Part shown: positions 10,325 to 10,510 of the stretch, piece by piece
Position numbering within the stretch: the first letter of the stretch is position 1
Layout of the letters: every line of letters begins with the position of its first letter
NCBI GenBank assembly: GCA_054661495.1
Contig: BAAFSQ010000321.1
Coordinates: forward strand, 1 to 10,510
Direction of reading: 5' to 3'
DNA from: Zygophlyctis sp. KS116
Taxonomy: Eukaryota > Fungi > Chytridiomycota
Length of the DNA stretch: 10,510 nt
Position numbers and translations under genes: made by a program
Notes under the pieces: generated by a model
Told to the model about the DNA's origin: nothing
Seen by the model: only the letters and a program-made list of their open reading frames with translations
Databases searched by the model: none

Positions 10325-10510
10325 ATGAAATATTATGCTGTAAGAAAAGGCAGAAATCCTGGAATATTTACTACTTGGCTTGAATGTTCTAAAAGCATCA
10401 CTGGTTTTAAAGGCGCTGAATTCAAGTCCTTTAAATCTCTGAAAGAAGCTCAAGACTTTTCTTGTACGTCAAAATCACAACTCTCTGACTCTGACAAACT
10501 CTCTAATTCA
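10325..10510 (+). CDS. RNH1: Ribonuclease H1-type protein, N-terminal RNA/DNA hybrid-binding (Cauli_VI) domain; partial, runs off the window
   Basis: Not in the ORF track because it has no stop inside the window. From ATG 10325 it reads MKYYAVRKGRNPGIFTTWLECSKSITGFKGAEFKSFKSLKEAQDF, matching the RNase H1 hybrid-binding pattern (YYAV..GR.PGI...W..C.....GF.GA..KSF.....A..F). There is an in-frame TAA upstream at 10286-10288. The catalytic domain lies outside the window, so the gene symbol is provisional. Confidence 0.85.
   Translation, partial: MKYYAVRKGRNPGIFTTWLECSKSITGFKGAEFKSFKSLKEAQDFSCTSKSQLSDSDKLSNS

Noticed and set aside
10217-10453. 78-aa minus-strand ORF as a standalone gene
   Set aside because: It starts at a non-ATG codon and is mostly antisense to the RNase H1 domain on the + strand.

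Overview
This is AT-rich eukaryotic DNA, not prokaryotic. It uses the standard genetic code and is most likely fungal; a chytrid or other early-diverging fungus is my inference. The ORF track is fragmented because the genes are cut by very short GT-AG spliceosomal introns. I resolved 18 by hand: 17 are 24-32 nt and one is 74 nt. Two of the 18 are only probable. After splicing, the window holds five complete genes and one partial gene: a mitochondrial P-class PPR protein (+), a secreted, probably GPI-anchored chitin deacetylase (+), mitochondrial acetylornithine aminotransferase ARG8 (-), a C2/C1/RasGAP-fold protein lacking the catalytic arginines (+), a sphingosine/diacylglycerol-kinase-fold protein with degenerate ATP motifs and a C-terminal membrane anchor (-), and the 5' end of an RNase H1-type gene (+) that the ORF track missed. 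Packing is extreme: convergent CDSs overlap, two start codons are 12 bp apart and two stop codons are 20 bp apart. I found no mobile element, CRISPR array or RNA gene. The best candidates for new biology are the miniature-intron, overlapping-gene architecture and the two adjacent predicted signalling pseudoenzymes.
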